NCBI GenBank assembly: GCA_031411295.1
Contig: JANOAV010000088.1
Coordinates: 1 to 40,301, forward strand
Direction of reading: 5' to 3'
DNA length: 40,301 bases
DNA from: Verrucomicrobiales bacterium
GTDB taxonomy: Bacteria; Verrucomicrobiota; Verrucomicrobiia; Verrucomicrobiales; V1-33
The notes under the pieces are model-generated. The model was given only the letters and a program-made list of their open reading frames with translations, ran no database searches and was not told where the DNA came from. Position numbers and translations under genes: made by a program. Below are positions 26,701-36,100 of this stretch, piece after piece (positions within the stretch are counted from its first letter, which is position 1; each line of letters opens with the position of its first letter).

Positions 26701-29700
26701 GGCAGCAGCTGGCTTGCTGAAGACGACGGATGGTGCGCCAATGTAGCCCGAACCGCCGCTGATGCTCAGATTAGTCTGCGCCACCCCGACACCGGATCCT
26801 CCGAGCAACGGTTGGCTGGTTGTGATGGTTACGGGATTGCCATTTGTGTCCACGGTCAGGCCACCGCCGAAAGACGGCGCTCCGGTAACCGCACTGTTGT
26901 CCACCGCTCCGTAGAGCGTGTGGATAAAATTAATGTTCGTAGCAGCCGGGGTCCACCCAGTGGAGAGTGCCCCGGTCGCCTTGAAGGTGCCTCCAGCATA
27001 GTTCCAGTATCCATAGTTGGTGGCCGATGGGGTGGGCGGGAGTGCCACAGCGGCAGTGACCCCAGTGCTCAGCGTGCCAGCAGCGAGGTTTACAAAGCCG
27101 CTATTTCCATCACCGTTGTTCGCAGTGGCCGAGTTACCGTATTTCAGTCCGCCTGCACCCAGGAGGACCTGCGCGCCCGACCCCGCCAGATTCAGCACTC
27201 CGTAGCTGCCGCCCACGACAGTTGTATCCATAATCAGGCCATAAGGCGTGGTCGTTACGCTGCCCGTGCGGTCGATCTTGCCGGAATCTGCCACCGTGGT
27301 TTGACCGAGGCTGTAACTGAGATACCACTCGGCCGAGGTCTGGTCAATGGTGCCAGTGCCTCCCACGTAAACGACGCCAACTTGGACGCCAGTGTTTGTA
27401 ACGCCAGCGTTCGGGCCGCTCGTGGCAGCCGCCGTCCCTTTGTTAGTCAAGGTAAAACGGTTCGAATCTTTGAGAGTGCCTCCCGTGATGTTGTAAAATC
27501 CGTAGGCTCCTGTCGCATTGACTACCCCTTGCGTGCCTGTTGTGTTGCCCGGGGTGAGGTTAATCGTGCCAGCTGTCTGATTAAAGGCCGATGCCGTGCC
27601 AGCCACGGTTGCGCCGGTAATGGCGAAGAGGGTGCTAGTCCCGCTGGTGGTATAATTGACGACGGCGTTGTTGCCCGCCGTGGGGTTGATGTTCAGCTTG
27701 GTGCTGGCGGTCGCGCCAATGAGACTGCCAGTCCCCGTGATATTCAAAATCCCATTGGTTATGAGCGTGTTTCCGGTGTGCGTGTTCGCGCCACTGAGGG
27801 TAAGGCTACCCGAGCCATTTTTGGTGAGTCCGAGCGCGCCGCCACCACCGTTTTGCACGATGCCACTGAACGTTTTATTTGTGGCGTCACCAAACGTTAG
27901 CGTCGCTCCGGTGGAAGCGTGATTATTTTGGATCGTGCCGTCTCCGCTCAGAGAGGCGACAGCGTTGCTGAACCCGTTCAGCCGCAGAATGCCCGTGCCG
28001 CTCACCGTCATGGCTGAATTGGCACTGAAGGAGTTCGTGGCACCACCTTGCAGGATGCCTCCACTTTGCACTGTGGTGCTACCGCTATAGGTGTTCTGGC
28101 CCGCAGCGGCCGACAGTGTCACCACACCGGTTCCACCGCCGCCAATTGTTAAAGCGTTCGTGCCAGTGACGGCTCCGCTCACGGTAAGGGAGGAACCATT
28201 GGCACCCGTGCCATCGGCACTCCACGTCTGGGCCGCGCCTAGAACAACCGGGGCGGAAATAGTGACGGTTCCGGCGTTGGAAGCAACATTGATACCGGTG
28301 CTGGAGGAGGTGGGGGCAAGGGTAAGGCTGCCAGGGTTGAGGGGACCGGCAGCAATGTTCACGGCGGTCACGCCGGAAGGACTGGCGGTAAATTGTAAAT
28401 CGTTGATCGTGTAATTGTTATCTAGGGTAGTAGAGAAGACGGAACCTAGGGCGTTGGCCGCGCTGAAGATGACGGTGTTGCCGACGGTGGGGTTGTAACC
28501 GGCAATGGTGGTTCCGGCCGCGTCCGTAGTCCAGTTGGTGGTAGCACCGGAGGCACCGAGGGCCGACCAACTGTTGTTGATGCTTCCTCCCCAATAGAGA
28601 CTTCCGGTCCCAGTGATGGGAGCAACAGTAACCTGCACCAGCGTGTCCGACGGAGCGCTCAGGGAATAGGTATAGCCTCCTGCACCGCTGTTGAGGACGT
28701 AGGCGGCCCCGCTCAGTCCACTGGCTGCTGAGATCAGATCATAGGTGGTGGAACTACCGATCGTCGTGAGCGGAATCAAGGTTAGGCCGACCGTATTGAT
28801 CGTAGTGGCGGGCGCACTGGTGATGAGGCGGTCAGAACTGGCAGTATCAGTTCCAAGATCAAAAGCCAAGGTGGCCGTGCCCGTGCCCGCACCAAGGTTT
28901 AGATTCGAAACAGTGGTCAAGGGATTGGCGGTTCCGCTACCCATACTGAAGACAGAACCCGCTGCCACGGTCAAGCCAGTGTTGGCTGCCAGGGAGCCTG
29001 TGAGAACTAGAGCCCCCGCGTTCACCGTCGTGCCGCCGGTGTAAGTGTTGGCGCCACCGAGGGTTAAGTTTCCGGTGCCGGCCTTGATGAGAGCGAGGTT
29101 GTTGCCACCATCTCCGATGGCCCCGCTGAGGATTGCGCTAGTTCCGGCCACGGTGGTGCCGACTGTGCTGGTGATCGTTGCATTACCGCCCGACAGGGTG
29201 ACCGGGCCGCCGAAGATGATATTGGCTTCCGATGCGGCAGTCGGAAAGGTGACGCCGCCATTCAAGGTCACATTGTTATTCAGTGTCGTCACCGTGCTCA
29301 CTCTCGCACGGATTTGCGCCGAGGGCACAAAAGTCAGTGTTCCGGTGCCAAAGGGCCCGGAGGTGACAGAGCCGGGGTTGCCAGTGGAGTTCTGCTGCGG
29401 AATCGTGCTAGTTCCAGCGCTGAAGGTGGTGCCGCCGGTATAGGTCGATTGCGCATTCGGCACATACTGCCCGGTGCCGCCGCTCACAGTGACCGATCCA
29501 CTGCCGCTGATGAGGCTGTTCACGCTGTAATTGCCAGTGCCGTTGTTGGCCATGGTGAGCGCAAAGCCCGCGGTATTGATGGTAGCACCGGTTGAAAGGG
29601 TAAATCCGCCTGTGGAATTATGGCCGATGGTGGCCGCGCTGCCCAAGGTAATCGGACCGACCCAGGTGGCCGCTGTGGCCGAATTGTTCGTCAGCGCCCC

Positions 29701-32700
29701 CTGCGGGGAAGACGCCAGACCGGTGCCGTTGACGGTCAGGGGCTCGGCTGCCGTCCATACGACCCCGTTGGCGTTCAACGCGGCTCCGGTGTTGATGGTT
29801 GTTCCCGCCGTGGTTGTCCCAAGAGGGGTCGTGCTAACGGAGCCCGTGGTAAGTGTTCCGGCATTAACGATGATTGCTCCGGTGAATGCCGCGAAATTAC
29901 TGGTGCCGTTGCCCAAGGACAGGGTTCCGACGCCCGTCTTGGTGAGTGTTCCGGAGCCTTGGAGCTGTGCATTGGTCGAAGCAGTGCCCGCACCAGAGCC
30001 GTCGTCGAGTGTCAGGGTGACGCCGGTCGGGACGTCGAAAGCACCGCCGCCGCTGCCGATGCTGAAAACGTAGGAGCCTGCGGCGGAGACGATGGGGGCG
30101 TTGTCGTTGAAAGTTGCACTCGGCCGGAACGTCCCGCCGTTGGTCAGCGTGACCGTCTTGTAGGTGGTTGTGCTAGCGATGCCGAGAGGTCCTGCGGTGG
30201 CGGTGCCGTTGCTGCCGGAGGTCATTTGCAGGACAGATGTTGCGCCATCGACAGTGACGGCTCCGGTGAACGTGTTCGCCGCATTGCCCACAATGAGCGT
30301 CCCGCCATTTACTGCCAAGCCACCCGTCGTCGTGCCAATAACTCCGCCGAGCGAGAGCGTGCCCGTCCCAGCCTTGGTGATGCCAAAGGTGGCACCGGAA
30401 ACGGCACCGAGCGTAAGCGTGGTGTTGGCGGCGGGAGCAAAAGTGGCTGCTCCTGTCAACGTGGTGACCCCAAAGGTAATGCCACCAACCCCAGTGCCAG
30501 TGATGTTTGTCCCACGGGTGATGTTGAGAGTCTGGGCCCCAATCGAAAGAGTTCCCAGCGTGTGGGTGACGGAAGTGTCCACCACTGAGGTCAAGCGGTC
30601 AGGCGTAATCGTGGAAGTAGCGGTGACGGTCGTGGCGCGGGCGAAGTTGAGGGCAGTGTCGTTGGCCAACTGCAAAGTGCCGCCGCCGAGGGAGAGTGTA
30701 GCGGCACCTGTGCCCAAGGCTTGGACACTCGTCGTGGCGCGCAGTATACCAGCTGTAACGGTAGTTGCACCGGTGTAAGTGTTAACGCCCGAGAGGGTGA
30801 GGGTGCCGGTGCCGTCTTTGCTGACGCCCCCGGTCCCGTTCGTCATCGGCGTAGAGATGGCGACGTCGCCAGCACCGCCAACGACGAGGGTAAACGCACC
30901 AGTGACGGAGGCCGTCGCATTGTTCAACGTGAGCGTGCCGGAGTCTGAGTTGACGCGCGACTGCGAGCCCATGGTAATGGTGCCGCCGTAGATGTTGTTG
31001 CCAGCGATGTTGCGCAATGCGCCAAAGTTCGTGATGCCACCACCATTGATGCTGAGCGCTTCCGCACCCACGGTAACCGCACCGGCTGTGCCGTCGATTT
31101 CAAGTGCGCTGTTCGCGACTATAGAGGTTCCCGCAGCGACGGTTCCAAGGCCGGTATTACTAGTGATTCGGAGCACACCTGCGCTGATGGTGGTGGTGCC
31201 GTTGTAGGTATTGGCTGTGTTCGACAGCGTCCACGTGCCAGTGCCACCTTTAGTGAGCGAAAGACCTGTGCCACCAATAATGCCACTCATGACGCCATTG
31301 CCCGCTCCGATGAGCTGCAAGCTGGGAGTGGTGCCGAGGCCACCTGTTGTGACGTTTCCGCTGAGGGTAAGGGTCTGCCCTGCAACCGTGTTCTCAATAA
31401 TGCCACCGTTCGTGTTGGCAGTATTGCTCTGAATATCGATAGCTCGGTTGCTAGAGCCTCCGCTGACCCCGGTGAATTGTAATGTTCCGGTATTGTTAAA
31501 TCCGGACTGCCCCAAGGTAATTTGCGATCCAGCACCGATCGCTGAAACGAGTCCACTGTTCGCGATGGAATTCGCGCTAATAGTGCCATTCGATATTACC
31601 AAGTTGCCGCTGAAAGCGTTCGAGGAGTTTGAAAGTGTCAGGACGGCGACGTCCGTGCGGCTAACCGTCCCCGTGAAACTGGAGGGAATGAGGCCGCTTA
31701 TTGTGATCGGTTGGGTCCCTCGGAAAAAGAGACTGGTGGAATTGCCGGTAAACCCACCCGTGAGAGTGAGCAGGGCAGAGCCACTATTGGTGATGGTATT
31801 TGTAGCGGCACCAGTGGTGAGATTGATCACCCGGTCCGAAGTCGTGGCTGCTCCCGTGTAGGTGAGATTCCCCCCTAGATCTATCGTGCCGTTGGCTACG
31901 GTGGTGGGAGCCCCCAGTGCGCTACTGCCCCCACTAACGTTGGCAATCGTATTGAAACTTAAGGTTCCGGCGGAGACCGTGGTCTTGCCAGTGTAAGTGT
32001 TTGCTCCGGAAAGGGTAAGAGTTGAGGCCCCCAGCTTGGTCAGACCAACGCTGGCGGCTCCACTGATAACGCCGCCGAAGGAAGCGACGCTATCAACGGT
32101 TATGGATCGGGTCGAGGCTCCCAAGTTCATGTTATCCGTAAAAGTAAGAGCACCTGTATTAGTTGCATCACCCAGCGAGAAGTTTCCTCCGATGGTGATG
32201 CCTCCGGTGTATTTGCCGGTCAAGTCCCTGGCAGTCGTGCTATTGGAGCGAATCGTTCCGCCGTTGATCGTCAAAGCTCCCCCCGCTCCCATGGCATTGA
32301 CGCCGCCAACCGCAACCGTGCCCGCATTCAAAGTGAATCCGCCAGCGTAGGTGCCTCCAGCGAGAGTCAGCGTGCCTGCCCCGGCCTTAATGAATCCAGT
32401 TCCAACTGCTGTGGAAATAGCCTGTGATCCAAAATCCAGTGTTTTACCTGTCGCCACCGTGATCGTGGCGACTGTCCCATTGGTGCCGAGGGTTCCGCCT
32501 GCGGTTACAGTCACATTTTCATTGGCCGTGATGGAAGCAAAATTTGTCGTGCCCCCCGTAATGGTCAAGGTTGTGCCTCCGTTGGCTTCAAAGACCACGT
32601 CCGACCCCGTGGTGTAAGCGGTGGTGTAAGGTCCGCCCGCTGCTGCTCCCCAAGTCGAACCTGTCCACGCGCCAGCGGTGGAGGTTTTCCAATACAAAGT

Positions 32701-32841
32701 GGCCGCTTGAGAGGAAGGCGAGCTCAAAAGGCCAAGCAAGCTCCCCGCCGCGAGCATCCTCAAGGCCAAGGGCACGGAGCCACGGGCGAGCCAAAACGGA
32801 TTGAGGCACTTGAGACGGAGAGAGAGCGGAGAGAGTTTCAT
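20791..32841 (-). CDS. 4016-aa surface protein with autotransporter-associated beta-strand repeats and a PEP-CTERM sorting signal
   Basis: Signal peptide ending SQA-AT; many LTKxGxGTLTLSGxNTYTGxTTVxxGTL repeats; G/T/S/A/N-rich; C-terminus VPEASTAVGALALLGLVGYRERRRFFHRR; no autotransporter beta-barrel. Confidence 0.93.
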   Translation of the reverse strand: MKLSPLSLRLKCLNPFWLARGSVPLALRMLAAGSLLGLLSSPSSQAATLYWKTSTAGAWTGSTWGAAAGGPYTTAYTTGSDVVFEANGGTTLTITGGTTNFASITANENVTVTAGGTLGTNGTVATITVATGKTLDFGSQAISTAVGTGFIKAGAGTLTLAGGTYAGGFTLNAGTVAVGGVNAMGAGGALTINGGTIRSNSTTARDLTGKYTGGITIGGNFSLGDATNTGALTFTDNMNLGASTRSITVDSVASFGGVISGAASVGLTKLGASTLTLSGANTYTGKTTVSAGTLSFNTIANVSGGSSALGAPTTVANGTIDLGGNLTYTGAATTSDRVINLTTGAATNTITNSGSALLTLTGGFTGNSTSLFFRGTQPITISGLIPSSFTGTVSRTDVAVLTLSNSSNAFSGNLVISNGTISANSIANSGLVSAIGAGSQITLGQSGFNNTGTLQFTGVSGGSSNRAIDIQSNTANTNGGIIENTVAGQTLTLSGNVTTGGLGTTPSLQLIGAGNGVMSGIIGGTGLSLTKGGTGTWTLSNTANTYNGTTTISAGVLRITSNTGLGTVAAGTSIVANSALEIDGTAGAVTVGAEALSINGGGITNFGALRNIAGNNIYGGTITMGSQSRVNSDSGTLTLNNATASVTGAFTLVVGGAGDVAISTPMTNGTGGVSKDGTGTLTLSGVNTYTGATTVTAGILRATTSVQALGTGAATLSLGGGTLQLANDTALNFARATTVTATSTITPDRLTSVVDTSVTHTLGTLSIGAQTLNITRGTNITGTGVGGITFGVTTLTGAATFAPAANTTLTLGAVSGATFGITKAGTGTLSLGGVIGTTTGGLAVNGGTLIVGNAANTFTGAVTVDGATSVLQMTSGSNGTATAGPLGIASTTTYKTVTLTNGGTFRPSATFNDNAPIVSAAGSYVFSIGSGGGAFDVPTGVTLTLDDGSGAGTASTNAQLQGSGTLTKTGVGTLSLGNGTSNFAAFTGAIIVNAGTLTTGSVSTTPLGTTTAGTTINTGAALNANGVVWTAAEPLTVNGTGLASSPQGALTNNSATAATWVGPITLGSAATIGHNSTGGFTLSTGATINTAGFALTMANNGTGNYSVNSLISGSGSVTVSGGTGQYVPNAQSTYTGGTTFSAGTSTIPQQNSTGNPGSVTSGPFGTGTLTFVPSAQIRARVSTVTTLNNNVTLNGGVTFPTAASEANIIFGGPVTLSGGNATITSTVGTTVAGTSAILSGAIGDGGNNLALIKAGTGNLTLGGANTYTGGTTVNAGALVLTGSLAANTGLTVAAGSVFSMGSGTANPLTTVSNLNLGAGTGTATLAFDLGTDTASSDRLITSAPATTINTVGLTLIPLTTIGSSTTYDLISAASGLSGAAYVLNSGAGGYTYSLSAPSDTLVQVTVAPITGTGSLYWGGSINNSWSALGASGATTNWTTDAAGTTIAGYNPTVGNTVIFSAANALGSVFSTTLDNNYTINDLQFTASPSGVTAVNIAAGPLNPGSLTLAPTSSSTGINVASNAGTVTISAPVVLGAAQTWSADGTGANGSSLTVSGAVTGTNALTIGGGGTGVVTLSAAAGQNTYSGSTTVQSGGILQGGATNSFSANSAMTVSGTGILRLNGFSNAVASLSGDGTIQNNHASTGATLTFGDATNKTFSGIVQNGGGGALGLTKNGSGSLTLSGANTHTGNTLITNGILNITGTGSLIGATASTKLNINPTAGNNAVVNYTTSGTSTLFAITGATVAGTASAFNQTAGTINLTPGNTTGTQGVVNATGAYGFYNITGGTLKDSNRFTLTNKGTAAATSGPNAGVTNTGVQVGVVYVGGTGTIDQTSAEWYLSYSLGQTTVADSGKIDRTGSVTTTPYGLIMDTTVVGGSYGVLNLAGSGAQVLLGAGGLKYGNSATANNGDGNSGFVNLAAGTLSTGVTAAVALPPTPSATNYGYWNYAGGTFKATGALSTGWTPAATNINFIHTLYGAVDNSAVTGAPSFGGGLTVDTNGNPVTITTSQPLLGGSGVGVAQTNLSISGGSGYIGAPSVVFSKPAAATGVPASGYALMTGGSLTGIVITSPGVYAANETPTITLLGGFSTGTGTAATVTSSALTTNNTSGGLTKIGLGTLTLSGAGNTYSAGTTVSGGTLALGINGGLPTNGNLTIDNTGTFDAATFTNSVGTVSLQGSGILTGSTGVLTSNADYDLRSGTVNFTGAGGLAGAVNVTKSTAGTVTLTNNGLGSFANVVNISGGTLAFSAGNQLGNASATNTLGINGGTLSYTAASATSLAANQVLTLGSSGGTLNASDASGVLNLLGGVTTATAANLTKTGLGAIAITGTTNLNGGNVTVSGGTLNAGFSATGLGSISIAAAATLNLYDNATTTMAINGLTLAAGSSLGFDLNAPTVNDVLNLTGTANVSPSVSLNFNSLGGLAAGTYDLLNVTAGSLAAGDYTLGSAPSGFNYVFSTINADQTLRLTTTPLNLVYWHGDIAGGSWSALNAGPDTNFSNVVSGATDLGALPVASDTLVFSTTTATGPAIATTLDGNFTVDSLRFTSNPSGVTAVSIDQGTSGTLTIAPVGSNNGISVAANAGTISIGAPVTTGMPQTWETANGTALNIGGVVTYTSGVTKTGNGVLTLSGNNTGTGGLNLAGGTLNLANNSALGTGTFTIGAGTTINASGGAVVNAGNNVQNWNGSFTFTGANALDLGTGAVTLNNSATVTATASTLTVGGAIGDGGNNRSLTKTGAGTLTLSGVNTYAGGTTLNAGTLNLGNAAALGSGTLTIAGGNLDNSSGSALTLSTNNAQAWNSNVAFTGTNALNLGTGAVVLSTTPTVTVTANTLTVGGNISGAGFGVTKAGAGTLILAGTNSYTGATTVNAGILRLSGPAGSTALTVNGGSLQFGSATALTSANNITLAATGTLDLFGNSQTIGLLTSVAGTFITNTGSGTGASSATTAGTPSGTGVYVDALNISSAASNLPLASTTDGATRKTQIIINNSNSGTAFAGLTAATVNSYSGGVVLANNAGGTRLSINAAITGTPFGSGPIIIGQTATDKAGIYFSTVATQTLANPIVFNTGLGTDRFGVRSDVAGITLSGQITANSDAVFSSNTITGAFILTNKVSGAGGLVLDLSQTSTASTVLTVTLNSAANANDYQGDTVVGRTNAAPAQTYTARLTLGAANQIPNGAGKGNVILNNNTATRTGNLNMAGFSDTINGLSGNGTVDGTSGSPILTLGDNDATATFSGIVKNTAGTLNVTKIGTGTQTLSGANTHTGGTTLNQGTLTVGTGGTLGANTNPLSVNNNNSTAAGTNAILNLATAVDTTVGSLSGTIATPLSGTNTATINNGGLGRNFTVNQTVPGTYAGVIAGAGSLTLGGTNALTLSGVNTYTGATAINSGALVVAANGALGANTAGTTVAANAALGFSGGINYTATETISGNGSGTTTSPVGPLLIGSRGFIQSVSGSNTFAGNIELNANGTSRIGTQDGASLILTGAITQAAGITTANILFRVGNTDGDFVTLSSASNSFGSDSTVFTGATVGYAGVRLGIDNALPTNLSISGFSGTAAAFTALDLNGFDQTLNGLASGVGGISIINKSASDSILTLNPTANKNTTNHLILGGGGLGVISVVKDGTFTQTLSSANTYTGGTTLSQGTLTVGTGGTLGATTGTLSVNNTNSTGVGTNAVLNLATAVDTTVGSLSGTIATPTSGTNTATINNGGAGRDFTVNQTAAGSYDGVIAGAGSFTLGSLSTNTLTLTGPNTYTGKTTVSAGTLSLSGTGSLADTGAVELTSLTSVFSIAGINASETIATLDGVAGSSVVLGAKTLEIGNGPATYSGNITDAGLGGSVTKSGNGVQTLSGNNTYSGSTNISGGTLLLGSNTALPSGATLSLSGGTLQTGAFGGSTGALSVTAASTIDMNDAASVLTFANTGTWSGLLSVWNYTGGAIWTASTGDKLLFSAGTFPDPTKVQFYSDGGSTLVGLGGDLITSGGGFELVPVPEASTAVGALALLGLVGYRERRRFFHRR

Positions 32842-32873
32842 TTTGAATTATTTAGGGAATGGAACGCGGAGTT

Positions 32874-32888
32874 TGCACAGTTTGTGCA
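32874..32888. promoter_or_regulatory. Palindromic candidate operator upstream of the giant gene
   Basis: TGCACA-GTT-TGTGCA in an AT-rich divergent intergenic region, 33-47 bp upstream of ATG 32841. Confidence 0.35.
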
Positions 32889-33034
32889 TAATTAGTAGGA
32901 AAATATAAGAAATCTATGTTACAAATTGGCCGCTTTTGAGGCTGAACGGCGGGAACATCAGATGATTTTGCCTCGGGGAGCCATTTTCCGTTTTGAAATA
33001 GGGCGCTGGAGATTCTCAACTTTTTTCGAGATCA

Positions 33035-33101
33035 GAATGTGGAGCTGTCGGCCCGACGGATCAACCTGGGCGAGCAGTCCAGCGGACTGCTCCACATTCG
33101 C
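33035..33101. repeat. REP-like doublet (same family and orientation as 20696-20775)
   Basis: GAATGTGGAGCTGTCGGCCCGAC...GAGCAGTCCAGCGGACTGCTCCACATTCGC; 14/15 terminal inverted repeat. Confidence 0.7.
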
Positions 33102-33174
33102 AAAACGGCCTCATTCGCGCGAATGGGGTGGCGGGGCGCAGTTGCAAATGCTGTGGGTTATGACACGGGGGTGG

Positions 33175-36100
33175 ATGATTGTGAAATCCTGCTGTTGGTT
33201 CCTGCTGCTCTGTTCCCTGCTTCTCCGCCCGGTGCGGGCGGAGCTTGCGTTAGCCAAAGACAGCACGCTGCTGTTCTATGGGAACTCTCTCGTGGAGCGA
33301 TTGCTGGAGCACGGAGAACTGGAGGCGATGGTGCAGTTGGCGTTGCCGGAGGCGCAATTGCATTTTCGCAGTCTGGCGTGGACGGGGGATGAAGTGGGGC
33401 ATCGGTTGCGGGCCGAAGGATACGCTGGGCATCTCAAGGAGTTGATGCAGGCTTGGCCGGCTCAGGTCGTGGTGGTGGGGTATGGCATGAACGAGTCTTT
33501 TGCGGGAGCGGCTGGGTTGCCGTTGTTCCGTTCGCAGTTGGCAGGTTATCTGGATCAGCTAGGCCGGCTGCATCCGGGAGCGACTTTGGTGGTGCTGGCT
33601 CCCACGGCGGTGGAGAAATCTTCCTCCAGCGAGATCGATGTGGCTGCGCGGAATGCTGACATTGCACTTTACGCGGAGGCCTTGGCTGAGGCTGCGAAAT
33701 CACGTGGAGCATTATTCGTCGATCTCTTTCAGGCGAGTCGAGCGGCCTACGAGCAAGGCAAAACGCCCCTGACGACGAATGGTCTGCATTTGAATGCCGA
33801 GGGCAATCGCGCCATGGCGAAGGTGATTGCCAGGGCGTTCGTGGGGACGGCGGCAGTGGATAAAATTTCCGTCGCGCAGGTGGCGGAAGTGGCCTCGGCG
33901 GCCAGTCAGTTGGCTCATTTCGTGGAGGAAGTGGTGCGGCCGAAGAATGGCGTGCTCTACTATGGGGTGCGGAAACGCCCCGAGGAACGCGCGCTCGAAA
34001 TGCCACTGTATCTAAAGCGGATCGAGCAGGCGGATGCGGTGGTGCATCAACTGGTCCGCAAGCCGGGGGCGAAGTTCGCGGAGATGCCTGCCGTTTCCCT
34101 GCCTCCCCTGCCCCCTTGGAAAAAGCCCGGATCCAATGGGGATGTGGGCGTGGTAAAAAATGCGGCTGAAGCGCAGGCGGAATTCAAAGTGGCGGACGGT
34201 TATGCGGTGAATCTCTTTGCCTCCGATGAGCAATTTCCGGAGTTGCGCGCACCCGTGCAAATTGCCTTCGATGCCCGGGGTCGGCTGTGGGTGGTGACGA
34301 TGCCGAGTTTCCCCCACACGGTGCCAGGGCAACCGCAGGAGGACAAAATCATCGTGCTGGAAGATACGGATCGCGATGGCAAGGCGGATAAATGCACGAC
34401 GTTTGTGGAGGGCTTGGATGCCGTGGATGGCGTAGCCTTCACGGAACAGGGCGTGGTCATTTCCGAACAGCCTCGGCATTGGCTGATGCAGGACACGAAT
34501 GGCGATGGTCGGGCGGACACGAAACGCGAATTACTCCGCGGAGTGGATGTCACGGATTCGCATCACGGCGGGATGATTGCGGCGGATCCTTTGGGTGCCA
34601 TTTGGTTTTGCGATGGCGTGTTCCATCGCTCGCAATTCGAGACTCCGTATGGCGTGCATCGCACCGTGGACTCGACCACCTGTCGGCATAATCTGCTGAC
34701 AGGGCGCATCGAAACCGAATGGCAAAGCATCACGCCGAACCCATGGAAAATCACGTTTGATCGCTGGGGGAACGCTTTCCAAATGTATGGCGATGGTTTG
34801 GTGCTGGATGGTCTGGCGCTGACGTGGACTCCGCTGGGAGTGTATCATCCGTTTGCTTATGCCCAAGTGGTTGGTTACGGCAAAGGCAGTGCGGCTGCCA
34901 GCATTTCCAGTCCGAATTTCCCTGCAGAATACCAGCAGGGCATGGCCTCGGCGGCCTTGTTAGGATCACATGCGGTCTCGTTGACGAAATTTGATTTTAG
35001 CGGCGGCATGGTCAAGCCGTCGGGTCGCTTGGATCTCGTTTCCTCGCCCAATGCCGCGTTTCGTCCGGCGGATGTGGAATTTGGTTTCGATGGCGGATTG
35101 TATGTCTCGGACTTCACCAGCACGATCATTGGTCATGCGCAGAATCCCATGCGCGATCCCCGCTGGAACCACGTCAAGGGCCGCATCTGGCGCATCGTGA
35201 ATCAGGCCGGCCCGGTGGAAAAGAAATGGCCGAAGATCGAAGGTGCGGCGGCGGCCGAACTTTGCAAATTGCTCACACATGGCCAGGATATCGTGCGGCA
35301 TCATGTGAGGATCGAGCTCAGGAAACTCGGTCAGGCCGGACTGGCTGCGGTGGATGCCTGGCTCGCGGCCTTGCCAGCAACGGATGCTAACCTCGATCAA
35401 GCACGTTTGGAAACGTTGTTCATCGCAGAAGGCTTGGGCCAAACGCGCCCCGCCGTCCTGGCTTCGCTCATGAAATCAACGGTTGGTCCGTATCGCGCGG
35501 CGGCAGTTCATCTGCTGCGGTTGCAGGCAGATCGGCTGCCAGAGGCCAAAGCGCTCTTAACCGCCATGGCGGCGGATCCCCATCCACGCGTCCGCATGGA
35601 GGTGATCGATGCCGTGGCGCATCTGCGCGCGAAATTTCCGCAACTGGAGGAAGCCCTGGCTGGCATCAACGCGACCGATCCCACGGTGAATCGCATGCTG
35701 AAGGATCTCTCCTACGGCACCAAACCCCGCCTCTCCGCCAGCGTGCCGGTGCTGGAGATTGCGCCGGAGACCCGCCTGACGCAATGGCAGGATGCCGGGG
35801 GCGGGCTGTATCGAACGTTCGTGAAAGCCACCGCGGCCAGCTTCGCGACGCTGGCGGTGAAATATAGTTTCCTCGAAGTCTCGCTGAACGGAGTGCAAGT
35901 CTTCGCTGCGGATTCGCAGTGGAGTAGCGACCATCAAGTGCAGTTGGAATTTATGCCCGGGCTGAACGTGCTGGAACTCAGTTTCAAACGGCTTAACGGC
36001 GGCCCGCCCGCAGTGCATTTGTTTGATGCGGTCGGACAACGGCTCGTCGCAGTAAGCATTCCGCAGGATCGTTCGCAGTTCGATCCATTGCTGGCGGAAT

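Noticed and set aside
21077..32617. Dozens of plus-strand ORFs rich in V/P/L/A opposite the giant gene
   Set aside because: Antisense shadows of a G/T/A/S-rich repeat protein; they are broken regularly by stops opposite Tyr/Leu-containing repeats and have no independent motifs.
32926..33174. N-terminal extensions in the ORF track (also 36734-37207, 1534-1665, 3471-3584, 4854-4982, 7207-7248 and 12166-12315)
   Set aside because: They run through REP elements, promoters or neighbouring genes; signal peptides or family N-termini begin at downstream ATGs.
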